Source: Oligoflexales bacterium (GTDB lineage: Bacteria; Bdellovibrionota_B; Oligoflexia; Oligoflexales; RGVZ01). Taken from it: a DNA stretch of 52,882 bases. The position numbers were made by a program, and so were the translations under genes. The DNA is taken from positions 1-52,882 of the forward strand of contig JBIJBX010000001.1 in assembly GCA_044344995.1 (NCBI GenBank), given 5' to 3'. Shown in pieces: positions 45,363 to 52,882 of the stretch. Within the stretch, counting starts at the first letter, position 1, and every line of letters starts with the position of its first letter. Below the pieces are notes generated by a model. It ran no database searches. It had not been told where the DNA came from and worked only from the letters and a program-made list of their open reading frames with translations.

Positions 45363-45605
45363 GCCGTGTTGATGGTATATTTTTGAGACCATAAAGGCCC
45401 AGCGGCCTGGTATTCATTTGCAATTAATTGCGCAGAAAAAATGCAGAACGAGCGATACGGCGCACTTAAGTGCTCGAAAATAATAGCCATGGTAGGCATC
45501 CGTCGCGTTGGCATTAACTTTGCTCCTCATTTCGGGAATACAAATGCTGGGCTTGGATTTCCTGAGTGCCGAACAAATTAGATTATTGGTGGGGAGACAA
45601 TCAAA

Positions 45606-45890
45606 ATGGAAGCGATTCGTATTATAGAGACGCAAGATAGCCCTGTGCTTGTGGTTCAGCCAGGTCAAGCCCGCCTCGATGATGTTGAGCGGCACCTGAT
45701 TATGGCAACCCTAAGGCGCACGCGCTACAATCGCACAAAAACAGCCCGCCTGCTTGGCATTGGCATCAGGACATTACAGCGAAAATTGAAACAATATGCC
45801 GATGAACAGTGTAAGTCATTGGCCGAACAAAACAGCCAACTCTTTGGATCCACCCATCCGCAGCCAAAAGCCGCTGCGGCAGTGGTTTAA
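45606..45890 (+). CDS. Small Fis-type helix-turn-helix DNA-binding protein (94 aa)
   Basis: C-terminal HTH_8-like block ERHLIMATLRRTRYNRTKTARLLGIGIRTLQRKLKQY. Fis-like size. GGGGAGA Shine-Dalgarno sequence. Confidence 0.6.
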   Translation: MEAIRIIETQDSPVLVVQPGQARLDDVERHLIMATLRRTRYNRTKTARLLGIGIRTLQRKLKQYADEQCKSLAEQNSQLFGSTHPQPKAAAAVV

Positions 45891-45916
45891 ATCACTTCTG
45901 CTATGTTGGGTGAAAC

Positions 45917-45993
45917 TGGTAGGCCTGGGCAGACTCGAACTGCCGACCTTTGCCTTATCAGGGCAACGCTCTAACCACCTGAGCTACAGGCCT
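45917..45993 (-). tRNA. tRNA-Ile (anticodon GAU), CCA encoded
   Basis: The reverse complement folds as acceptor AGGCCTG/CAGGCCT, D-arm GCTCAGGTGGTTAGAGC, anticodon loop CTGATAA, T-arm GGCAGTTCGAGTCTGCC, then ACCA. Confidence 0.95.
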
Positions 45994-46058
45994 AAACGTG
46001 GAATCTGAGCTTATAGTGAAGAACGGCCTCTCCGGTCAAGCACAAACTGAAGCTACCG

Positions 46059-47537
46059 CTAGTTAGCTAAAATCCCTTTAAGTACATCGTCTTGGAGGCG
46101 CCTTACGTCCAGTAGCCCAGGCTGAGATTTGCCCTCCCTGCCATTGCTGATCATGACAAAAGACACCCACCCCTCTTTGCCATGCCGGAAGTAGCCGGCC
46201 AGCGATGCGACAGTGATGGGCTCGGTCAATGTTCCCGACTTAGCGTGGATTTGACCGGCCAAATTGTCATCTTTGCTCATGCGTTTTCTGAGTGTGCCAT
46301 CCCAACCATTGGCGGGAAGACTGGCGAGAAAATCCGGATAAAGTTCTCCACGGGATTCCATGTAATTTAAAACGGCAAGGATTTGGCGCGCGGATAATCG
46401 ATTCTCGGTGGACAGACCGGAACCATTAAAAATCCTGAAGTCCGATTTAATCCCGACATCTTCACGAAGAAAATCAGTTAGCACCCTTACGCCTGATGAC
46501 ATCATCCCAGAACCTGGGGCATCAGGTTTTGTATCGTCACCAAAAGCTGACCCTAGACGCTTGGTCAGCATGTCGGCAATAAAATTATTGGAGAAAGTAT
46601 TCAATCCCTGCGCAATCCGCCGCATCTCAAAGCCGGAGATTTCATAAAGTAGTTTAGCCGTTTCGGGCGTCTTACCCACACGTGGACGCCCAGTGGTTTT
46701 AATCCCCGCTTTATCAAGGAAACCCATAAAATAATCAGCGGCCGCCACTGTGGGATCACCAGCACTACGATAAATCTTTCGAATGGGCGCGTTCGCGCCG
46801 ATAGTCCCACCACCAAAGAGCGAGACACCGCCGTTTGGCAGAGTATTTCGCGTTAGAGTGACCTGAGAGTTATCCTCGCCAGAGCCTGTGACGGTTCGAG
46901 AGGAGAATTTTACGCGCTGTAATGGAAACGGCGTGACTTCCGCTAGGGCTGGCCGCCCCTTTACGGTCGGAGCGGTGGCCACTGCAATCGTATTAAAGTT
47001 GATAGCGAAAGCCGAAACAGGCGCATCATAGGCGTGAGATGATTTCTGAGTGCTTTCAAGACGGCTTTCATCCCGAATTTCATCGTCAAATAGTGAGTTG
47101 TCGATCACGATACTACCCGTTACCTCTTTAATTCCCAGGTGCTTTAAGTCGACGGCAGCCTGCCAGATGACCTCCGAAACAAGAAAGGGGTCGCCATTAC
47201 CCTTTAAGAATAAATCACCTCGGATTTTGTTTTTCTCGATTTTCCCAGTGTAATAAACGGGAGTTTTAAATGAAAAAGCAGGTCCGAAATAACTAAGTGC
47301 CACCGCGCTAGTAAGAATTTTTGTTGCCGACGCTGGGGACAGCAGGGAGTCAGCATTAGATTCAAATAAAACCTTGCCGTCACGCAAACGTGCGAAAATT
47401 ACCGCATGGTCAGCAGATTTTATGGAGCCAATTTTGCGTTGAATAGTGCCTGCGCTAAAGTCCGCGCGGCCCTCCATCGGCAACGACAGCAGGAAAAACA
47501 AAGTTGATGTTCTAAAAACCCTCGTCGTCCAGCTCAT
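46059..47537 (-). CDS. dacB: D-alanyl-D-alanine carboxypeptidase/endopeptidase (PBP4, S13 family)
   Basis: SxxK (PASATKIL), SxN-like NGSGLS and KSGT motifs. ATG 47537 lies 7 nt after GGAG. The ORF track start is 47582. Confidence 0.85.
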   Translation of the reverse strand: MSWTTRVFRTSTLFFLLSLPMEGRADFSAGTIQRKIGSIKSADHAVIFARLRDGKVLFESNADSLLSPASATKILTSAVALSYFGPAFSFKTPVYYTGKIEKNKIRGDLFLKGNGDPFLVSEVIWQAAVDLKHLGIKEVTGSIVIDNSLFDDEIRDESRLESTQKSSHAYDAPVSAFAINFNTIAVATAPTVKGRPALAEVTPFPLQRVKFSSRTVTGSGEDNSQVTLTRNTLPNGGVSLFGGGTIGANAPIRKIYRSAGDPTVAAADYFMGFLDKAGIKTTGRPRVGKTPETAKLLYEISGFEMRRIAQGLNTFSNNFIADMLTKRLGSAFGDDTKPDAPGSGMMSSGVRVLTDFLREDVGIKSDFRIFNGSGLSTENRLSARQILAVLNYMESRGELYPDFLASLPANGWDGTLRKRMSKDDNLAGQIHAKSGTLTEPITVASLAGYFRHGKEGWVSFVMISNGREGKSQPGLLDVRRLQDDVLKGILAN

Positions 47538-47988
47538 CGGCATACTCCGCGAATAAATGCTCTTGCAGGATGTGGTATCCATCAGCGTTATCAGCTACAA
47601 ATGTCACACGCCCCAACTTTATAGAACATTTCGAATCCAGCCATTGATGAAGGGAGCGAAATCCGGCCTTAGCAAATGCATCCGACCCAACATCGTCAGG
47701 AAAGCACATAGGTCGTCCGGGGACTACTAAGTGTCTTAAACCCGACCTTTCAGCCAATTCGAAAATCTTAAGAAAGAGGGACTCCCAATCATAAGCATTC
47801 CAATTGGTGGATGAGGGTAAAGAAGCTCTTAAAATCGTCGTCGCTGCGGCAGATGAGTCCATATTCTTCAGCGCGATTTGTGGGGAATCCTCAACCTCAA
47901 AGGAAACTAAGCAGTCGGCGGCAAACTGGGAGGCATGACCCTGCCAAATGTCGATCTGAACCGTTCTGTAACGCCGAAGTCCAAGCAC
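47512..47988 (-). CDS. Hypothetical protein with faint, degenerate macro-domain-like pattern
   Basis: 158 aa with a GTG start, lying between sucD and dacB on the same strand. Q.DIWQGHASQFAADCLVSF and HLVVPG / MCFPDD.G resemble macro-domain strand order, but the NAAN and GGG motifs are absent. Confidence 0.35.
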   Translation of the reverse strand: MLGLRRYRTVQIDIWQGHASQFAADCLVSFEVEDSPQIALKNMDSSAAATTILRASLPSSTNWNAYDWESLFLKIFELAERSGLRHLVVPGRPMCFPDDVGSDAFAKAGFRSLHQWLDSKCSIKLGRVTFVADNADGYHILQEHLFAEYADELDDEGF

Positions 47989-48012
47989 CTGCTCACCGAC
48001 GAGCCTTTCCCC

Positions 48013-48897
48013 TTAAAGTCTTTTCTTGTTTAATGCTGCCGCAATCGCCCTACCGATATCACTGGGTGATTCCGCCACAGTGATTCCAGCCGAGCGCATA
48101 GCTTCCATTTTTTCAGCGGCGGTTCCGTGGCTACCAGATATGATTGCGCCTGCATGACCCATGCGCTTACCTTTTGGAGCTGTTTGTCCAGCAATGAAGC
48201 CCGCCACTGGTTTTTTGATGTTTGATTTAACAAACTCAGCAGCTCGGATCTCCAGATCACCGCCGATCTCACCAATCATAATGATGCCCTCAGTTTCTGG
48301 ATCCTGCTCAAACATTTGAAGAAGTTCAATGTAGCTAAGCCCGCCGATGGGATCTCCACCGATACCTATACAGGTGGTCTGACCCAGGCCGAGAGCTGTT
48401 GTTTGGCCAACCGACTCGTAGGTTAATGTTCCTGACTTCGAGATGATGCCGATTTTACCACGTTTGTGGATGTGTCCAGGCATGATGCCAATTTTGCATT
48501 CTCCGGGTGTAATGATGCCCGGGCAATTTGGCCCAATCAGCCGTGATTTTTTACTGCGGTCCAAGGCCTTTTTGACCGGAATCATGTCGAGTACTGGAAT
48601 TCCTTCCGTGATGCAAACAATCGTTTCAATCTCTGCGGCGATTGCTTCAAGTATTGCGTCTGCAGCATAAGGAGGTGGAACGAAGATCATGGAGGCATTG
48701 GCCCCAGTTTTTTCTCTGGCATCTTTGACCGTGTCAAAAACCGGCAGGCCAAGGTGTGTACTCCCACCCTTGCCTGGCGTGACACCACCCACAAATCTCG
48801 GAGCGTACTCATGGGAGAGTCTTGTGTGAAATTCGCCCGATTTACCGGTAATGCCCTGCGTGATGACTTTTGTATTTTTCCCGACGATGATACTCAC
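48013..48897 (-). CDS. sucD: Succinate--CoA ligase subunit alpha
   Basis: CoA-binding N-terminus and phosphohistidine loop [11 protein letters not shown]. 294 aa. Confidence 0.96.
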   Translation of the reverse strand: MSIIVGKNTKVITQGITGKSGEFHTRLSHEYAPRFVGGVTPGKGGSTHLGLPVFDTVKDAREKTGANASMIFVPPPYAADAILEAIAAEIETIVCITEGIPVLDMIPVKKALDRSKKSRLIGPNCPGIITPGECKIGIMPGHIHKRGKIGIISKSGTLTYESVGQTTALGLGQTTCIGIGGDPIGGLSYIELLQMFEQDPETEGIIMIGEIGGDLEIRAAEFVKSNIKKPVAGFIAGQTAPKGKRMGHAGAIISGSHGTAAEKMEAMRSAGITVAESPSDIGRAIAAALNKKRL

Positions 48898-48918
48898 GGT
48901 CTTTAAGCTCCTAGCTGG

Positions 48919-50082
48919 TTAGTTTTTTGCTGCGGCGACGACTTTTTTCGCGCCATCTTCCATGTTGTCCGCCGGGGTAATTTTAAGACCCGAGCTCTTC
49001 AGTATTTCTTTCCCCAGTTCGACATTGGTTCCTTCCAGTCTGACCACCAGAGGCAGTTTTAAGCCGAGGGCTTTTGCCGCATTGACCACCGCATTGGCGA
49101 TCACGTCGCAGCGCATGATCCCGCCAAAAATATTCACAAAAACAGCCTTCACGCGGCTATCTGAGAATAAGATTCGAAATGCGTTTGTGACCATTTCTTC
49201 GGTCGCGCCACCACCGACGTCAAGAAAGTTAGCAGGAGATCCACCGCAGTGTTTAATGATGTCCATCGTTGCCATCGCGAGGCCCGCGCCGTTTACCAAA
49301 CAGCCGATGTTGCCATCAAGGCCAATATAGTTTAGCCCGTATTTCGCAGCCTCAACTTCGCGAGCGTCCTCTTCTTCGTAGTCGCGCATGGCGGCGATTT
49401 CTTTATGGCGGAATAGAGCGTTTTCATCAAAATTCATTTTGCCATCAAGAGCGATAAATTTACCCTCTTTGGTCCAAACGAGTGGGTTAATCTCAAGCAA
49501 TGAAAAATCATACTTGATGAACATGTTGTAAAGTTTTGGAACCAGTGCGTGAAGTTCCTTGGTTTGTTCCTTGGATAGCTTCATTGCGAAAGAGAGGTTG
49601 CGCAAATGGTAACCCTGCAGACCGGCCGTTGGGTCGATATTAACGGTCACGATTTTTTCAGGAGTTTTTGCTGCGACTTCTTCGATATCCATGCCGCCTT
49701 CCGTTGAGAACATCACGGCAATAGTCGCGGTGTCGCGATCCACTAGCATGGCAAGATAAAATTCTTTATCGATATTCGAGCCAGCCTCCACATAGAGCTT
49801 TCGAACAAGTTTGCCCTCTGGACCGGTTTGAGGCGTAACCAGAGTCATCCCCAACATATTTTTTGAAATGTTGAAACACTCTTCAGCTGTTTTTACGAGT
49901 TTGACTCCTCCGCCCTTACCTCGTCCACCAGCATGAACCTGCGCTTTTACCACCGCAACTGGACCCGGCATACGACGATAGGCGAATTCCGCCTCAATAG
50001 GGCTAGCGGCGAAATAACCTTCTGGCACTGGAACGCCATTGAGCGCGAAGAGTGCTTTAGCTTGATACTCGTGAATGTTCAT
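48919..50082 (-). CDS. sucC: Succinate--CoA ligase subunit beta (ADP-forming)
   Basis: [10 protein letters not shown]-terminus and ATP-grasp domain. 387 aa. Immediately upstream of sucD. Confidence 0.96.
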   Translation of the reverse strand: MNIHEYQAKALFALNGVPVPEGYFAASPIEAEFAYRRMPGPVAVVKAQVHAGGRGKGGGVKLVKTAEECFNISKNMLGMTLVTPQTGPEGKLVRKLYVEAGSNIDKEFYLAMLVDRDTATIAVMFSTEGGMDIEEVAAKTPEKIVTVNIDPTAGLQGYHLRNLSFAMKLSKEQTKELHALVPKLYNMFIKYDFSLLEINPLVWTKEGKFIALDGKMNFDENALFRHKEIAAMRDYEEEDAREVEAAKYGLNYIGLDGNIGCLVNGAGLAMATMDIIKHCGGSPANFLDVGGGATEEMVTNAFRILFSDSRVKAVFVNIFGGIMRCDVIANAVVNAAKALGLKLPLVVRLEGTNVELGKEILKSSGLKITPADNMEDGAKKVVAAAKN

Positions 50083-50326
50083 GAGTTTAAGTCCTTTCCC
50101 AAGCGGGAGATGAGCAAAAAATACGCAATATCGGACAGTTATTGTACTCGGACTTTTTGATAAAATAAAGGGAGCATGAGTCCATAAAACATTGGTTAAA
50201 ACCGGTGCTTAAAGGGTAGACGGAACAAGACGCGCCCAGTTAGAATCCGGAGGCCCATTTCCTGATGAGCTCGGGAAAAAGAGGATGAATCCATACAGGG
50301 CCTTTATCTTATGAAAGTTGGTCAAT

Positions 50327-51289
50327 ATGGGGATTGGACGAAATAGAGTACTTATTACCGGTGGCAGCGGATTCATCGGAAGCCATTTGTGTAGCAAATT
50401 CTTAGCGGATGGCTGGGACGTTGTCGCAGTCGACAACTTTCATACCGGAAGAAAATCTAATATTCTTGGGCTTCTTAAAAATCCACGTTTTGAAATCATG
50501 CGCCACGACATCATTGAACCCCTCAGATGTGAGGCGGATTTAATCTTGAATTTCGCTTGCCCCGCGAGTCCTGTGCATTATCAACAAAATCCAATCTGGA
50601 CGATGAAGACCAGTGTTATTGGTGCCTTGAATATGCTGGGGCTAGCGAAACGACTTGGCGCTCGCATTGTGCAAGCAAGCACGAGTGAAGTTTACGGCGA
50701 CCCGTTGGAGCATCCGCAGAAAGAAACCTATTGGGGACATGTAAACCCAATTGGCCCTCGCAGCTGCTATGATGAGGGTAAGCGCGCAGCTGAAACTCTG
50801 TGCTTCGATTATCATCGCGGTCACGGCGTGGACATTCGAGTGGTTAGAATCTTCAATACTTATGGACCAAATATGGCCATTGATGATGGGCGAGTGGTTA
50901 GTAACTTTTTGGTGCAAGCCATTCGCGGTGACGACATTACTATTTTTGGCGATGGCAAACAAACGCGGTCATTTTGCTTTGTTGACGATTTAGTTGATGG
51001 AATTTTTAAATTCGCGATGACTGATAACGTTACTGGCCCAGTCAATCTGGGTAACGATAAAGAGTTCACTATGCTTGAGCTCGCTGAGGTAGTACTGCGG
51101 CAAACTTCAAGTAAATCAAAACTTACGTTTAAACCTCTGCCCGTTGACGATCCAAAACAACGTCGTCCAGATTTAAGTTATGCGAAGAAAATACTTTCTC
51201 CATGGCAGCCAAAGGTCAATTTAGAGCAAGGCATCGAACGTAGCGTCGATTACTTTCGTGCAGCCGTCAAAGAGGCTAGCCGTAGCTAG
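50327..51289 (+). CDS. UDP-glucuronate decarboxylase (UDP-xylose synthase-like SDR)
   Basis: [43 protein letters not shown] (YxxxK) and [11 protein letters not shown] 50327 is chosen over TTG 50318. Confidence 0.9.
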   Translation: MGIGRNRVLITGGSGFIGSHLCSKFLADGWDVVAVDNFHTGRKSNILGLLKNPRFEIMRHDIIEPLRCEADLILNFACPASPVHYQQNPIWTMKTSVIGALNMLGLAKRLGARIVQASTSEVYGDPLEHPQKETYWGHVNPIGPRSCYDEGKRAAETLCFDYHRGHGVDIRVVRIFNTYGPNMAIDDGRVVSNFLVQAIRGDDITIFGDGKQTRSFCFVDDLVDGIFKFAMTDNVTGPVNLGNDKEFTMLELAEVVLRQTSSKSKLTFKPLPVDDPKQRRPDLSYAKKILSPWQPKVNLEQGIERSVDYFRAAVKEASRS

Positions 51290-51358
51290 CCCTTGGATCA
51301 GGGCGTCGTCAGTGGCGTGGCGGTAGCGCTAGACACAACTTCAGGAGAGCACTTGGGC

Positions 51359-52177
51359 GTGTCAGATAAAATTGAAAACGGTATTTACTATAGTGTCACT
51401 GGAACAGGAGAAAAAACCCTCGTCCTTCTAAGAGGGCTCGCGCGGTGGTCCAGCCATTGGCTGGATTTTGACAAAAGATTGGTCGAACAAGGCTTTCGCG
51501 TCATAGTCATCGACAACAGGGGCTTTGGTCGATCCGATGCGGCCCCAACCACGAAGATGTTATCACTGTATGACCTGGCTGATGATGTGGCTCAAATAAT
51601 ATCGCGAGAATCGCCGTCTGGCGCCCATGTTGTGGGACTCTCACTTGGGGCCATGATAGGGCTTGTGCTTGCAGCAACCAAACCGCAGTTAATTCGTAGC
51701 CTAGTCATGGTCAACTCCAGTGTCGGCTCTTCTGGCTTGCCGCGTCTTAGCAAGCGAGCAATTTTGGCGATTGCTGGAGTTTTGTTGACTGGCCAGCGAA
51801 CTTACGGCGCACTTGCTAAGCTATTACTAAGCCCAAGCGCATCCACGGAGAAGCGCGAAAAATTCGCTGCCGCTTGGGCTTCGATTGATGCCGATGCCAA
51901 AGTCTCCGCTCAGCAACTATGGCGCCAACTTAAGGCTGCACGCGCTTTCAAAGGAACGGTAGAGATGGTAGCCGTCCAGTGTCCGGTGGTGGTTATCCGT
52001 TGTGCTGGTGATCAGTTCGTGGATCCGAGGAATAGTGATTTTATTCATAAGCTTATTGCGCACTCAGAGTTAATCGCACACCCGTCGGCAGGGCATGAGC
52101 TTGCCGTTGACGATCCTGATTGGTTTGTGAAAACGATTAAAGACGTCGTTATTAAATCTTCAGCACTGGAAAATTGA
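51359..52177 (+). CDS. Alpha/beta-fold hydrolase
   Basis: Nucleophile elbow VVGLSLGA (GxSxG) and a C-terminal His context AGHEL. GTG 51359 lies 9 nt after AGGAGAG. The ORF track start is TTG 51293. Confidence 0.75.
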   Translation: MSDKIENGIYYSVTGTGEKTLVLLRGLARWSSHWLDFDKRLVEQGFRVIVIDNRGFGRSDAAPTTKMLSLYDLADDVAQIISRESPSGAHVVGLSLGAMIGLVLAATKPQLIRSLVMVNSSVGSSGLPRLSKRAILAIAGVLLTGQRTYGALAKLLLSPSASTEKREKFAAAWASIDADAKVSAQQLWRQLKAARAFKGTVEMVAVQCPVVVIRCAGDQFVDPRNSDFIHKLIAHSELIAHPSAGHELAVDDPDWFVKTIKDVVIKSSALEN

Positions 52178-52194
52178 ATCTTTTTTTTTCGACA

Positions 52195-52882
52195 CTATGA
52201 CGCAAGCAGCGGTCTACCAATCAGCTTTTCAGCGACCAAAAGGTAGATTGTAGCTAACTCAAGCAGCAAAGCCCGTGGCACAGCTGGTACTTCGCCAAAT
52301 CCCGAGAAGCCCTGACTGAGTAAAAAACGCCGTATATTTTCTTTGTCGAGCATATCCGGCTCTAAGTTGGCAGATGTTTTGGCGGAGTATGTCGTTAGGT
52401 CCCAAAGTCTAGAGCTGTCTGGTGTGTGAATCTCGTCAATGAGCTTAACGGAGCCGTCACCACCGCGGCCGAATTCATATTTCGAATCAACTAACATCCA
52501 GCCGTGATCTGCGAAAATTTTACTACCTAGACTGAAGACCTTAAGCGCCATGATCGTCATTTGCTCCCACTCGGATGCGGTGCAGATGTCTTGCTTAAAA
52601 ATCTCGTCGATCGTTATGTTCTCATCGTGTTCAAACGCCGCAGCCTTGGTGGTGGGAGTTATTATTGGCTCCGGGAGACGATCGAATGCTTTTAGCCCAT
52701 CGGGTAGTTTGACCCCGCAAAATTTACGATGACCGCTAGCGTATGCGCGAGCCAGTGATCCCGCAAGATAGGCTCTCACCACGACTTCCAATTTGATGGG
52801 CCGCATAGCTTCGACGAGGAGTGCTCTAGGGCCCAACTGTCTGATGTAGTGTGTGGGAACGGTATCGCCCAACGTTTGAAAC
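52195..52882 (-). CDS. purC: Phosphoribosylaminoimidazole-succinocarboxamide synthase, N-terminus outside window
   Basis: Blocks EVVVRAYLAGSL and LVDSKYEFG. The frame stays open to the window edge, and roughly 70 N-terminal residues expected for PurC are missing. Confidence 0.9.
   Translation of the reverse strand, partial: FQTLGDTVPTHYIRQLGPRALLVEAMRPIKLEVVVRAYLAGSLARAYASGHRKFCGVKLPDGLKAFDRLPEPIITPTTKAAAFEHDENITIDEIFKQDICTASEWEQMTIMALKVFSLGSKIFADHGWMLVDSKYEFGRGGDGSVKLIDEIHTPDSSRLWDLTTYSAKTSANLEPDMLDKENIRRFLLSQGFSGFGEVPAVPRALLLELATIYLLVAEKLIGRPLLAS

Noticed and set aside
45408-45422. Sigma-54 promoter look-alike TGGTATTCATTTGCA upstream of the Fis-type gene
   Set aside because: The GG and GC elements are separated by 9 nt, not the invariant 10. 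The -24 element is TGGTAT rather than TGGCAC.
45308-45695. Minus-strand ORFs 45308-45514 and 45414-45695 in the flagellin/Fis-type intergenic region
   Set aside because: They have no ribosome-binding sites and no family resemblance. One overlaps the flagellin terminator and the other overlaps the start of the Fis-type gene.

Overview
This 52.9-kb window is mostly ordinary chromosomal core from a Gram-negative, flagellated bacterium with moderate GC. I see no mobile elements, CRISPR array, rRNA, or recognisable defence or toxin system. The gene mix would fit a Bdellovibrionota/Oligoflexia-like or related delta-type lineage, but that is an inference I cannot verify: it combines a CdaA-type c-di-AMP cyclase with LolA, an OmpA-family protein, LPS-type glycosyltransferases, three short flagellins and several secreted metzincins.

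Confidently recognisable content:
- **Start of window:** rapZ 3' end; the glycine cleavage genes split as gcvP (+) converging on gcvT-gcvH (-).
- **Envelope and division:** two glycosyltransferases, ftsK.
- **Central metabolism and stress:** mdh, htpX.
- **tRNAs:** a cluster of Ser-UGA, Ser-GCU and Arg-ACG, plus a lone tRNA-Ile(GAU).
- **c-di-AMP block:** a CPA2/RCK antiporter, glmM-pdxJ-tsaE converging on tilS-ftsH-folP-cdaA-cdaR.
- **Motility:** two tandem flagellins and a third flagellin elsewhere.
- **Minus-strand string:** fadD, two small barrel-like proteins, a matrixin, nadA, a cysteine desulfurase.
- **Regulators:** lolA, a PocR-domain sigma-54 activator, a Fis-type HTH protein.
- **Nucleotide metabolism and repair:** a C-N hydrolase, pyrB, purM, an OmpA-family protein, mutM, and a purC fragment at the 3' edge.
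- **Remaining housekeeping:** sucCD, a small macro-like ORF and dacB; a UDP-xylose synthase-like gene and an alpha/beta hydrolase.

I do not find a clear novel multi-gene system. The most interesting observations are:
1. The best sigma-28 promoter match in the window sits in front of the PocR/sigma-54 activator.
2. A beta-CASP/MBL paralogue upstream of ftsK has lost essentially all metal ligands.
3. The cdaA-cdaR module is inserted into the ftsH-folP-glmM synteny block, next to an RCK antiporter.
4. A secretome patch encodes an LRR/receptor-L-like protein and a snapalysin-type (HExxHxxGxxD) lipoprotein with a 12-nt tandem repeat linker.
5. A PUR-box-like palindrome and interleaved inverted repeats lie upstream of purM.

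All calls rest on reading the supplied translations and the DNA by eye. No database search was run.
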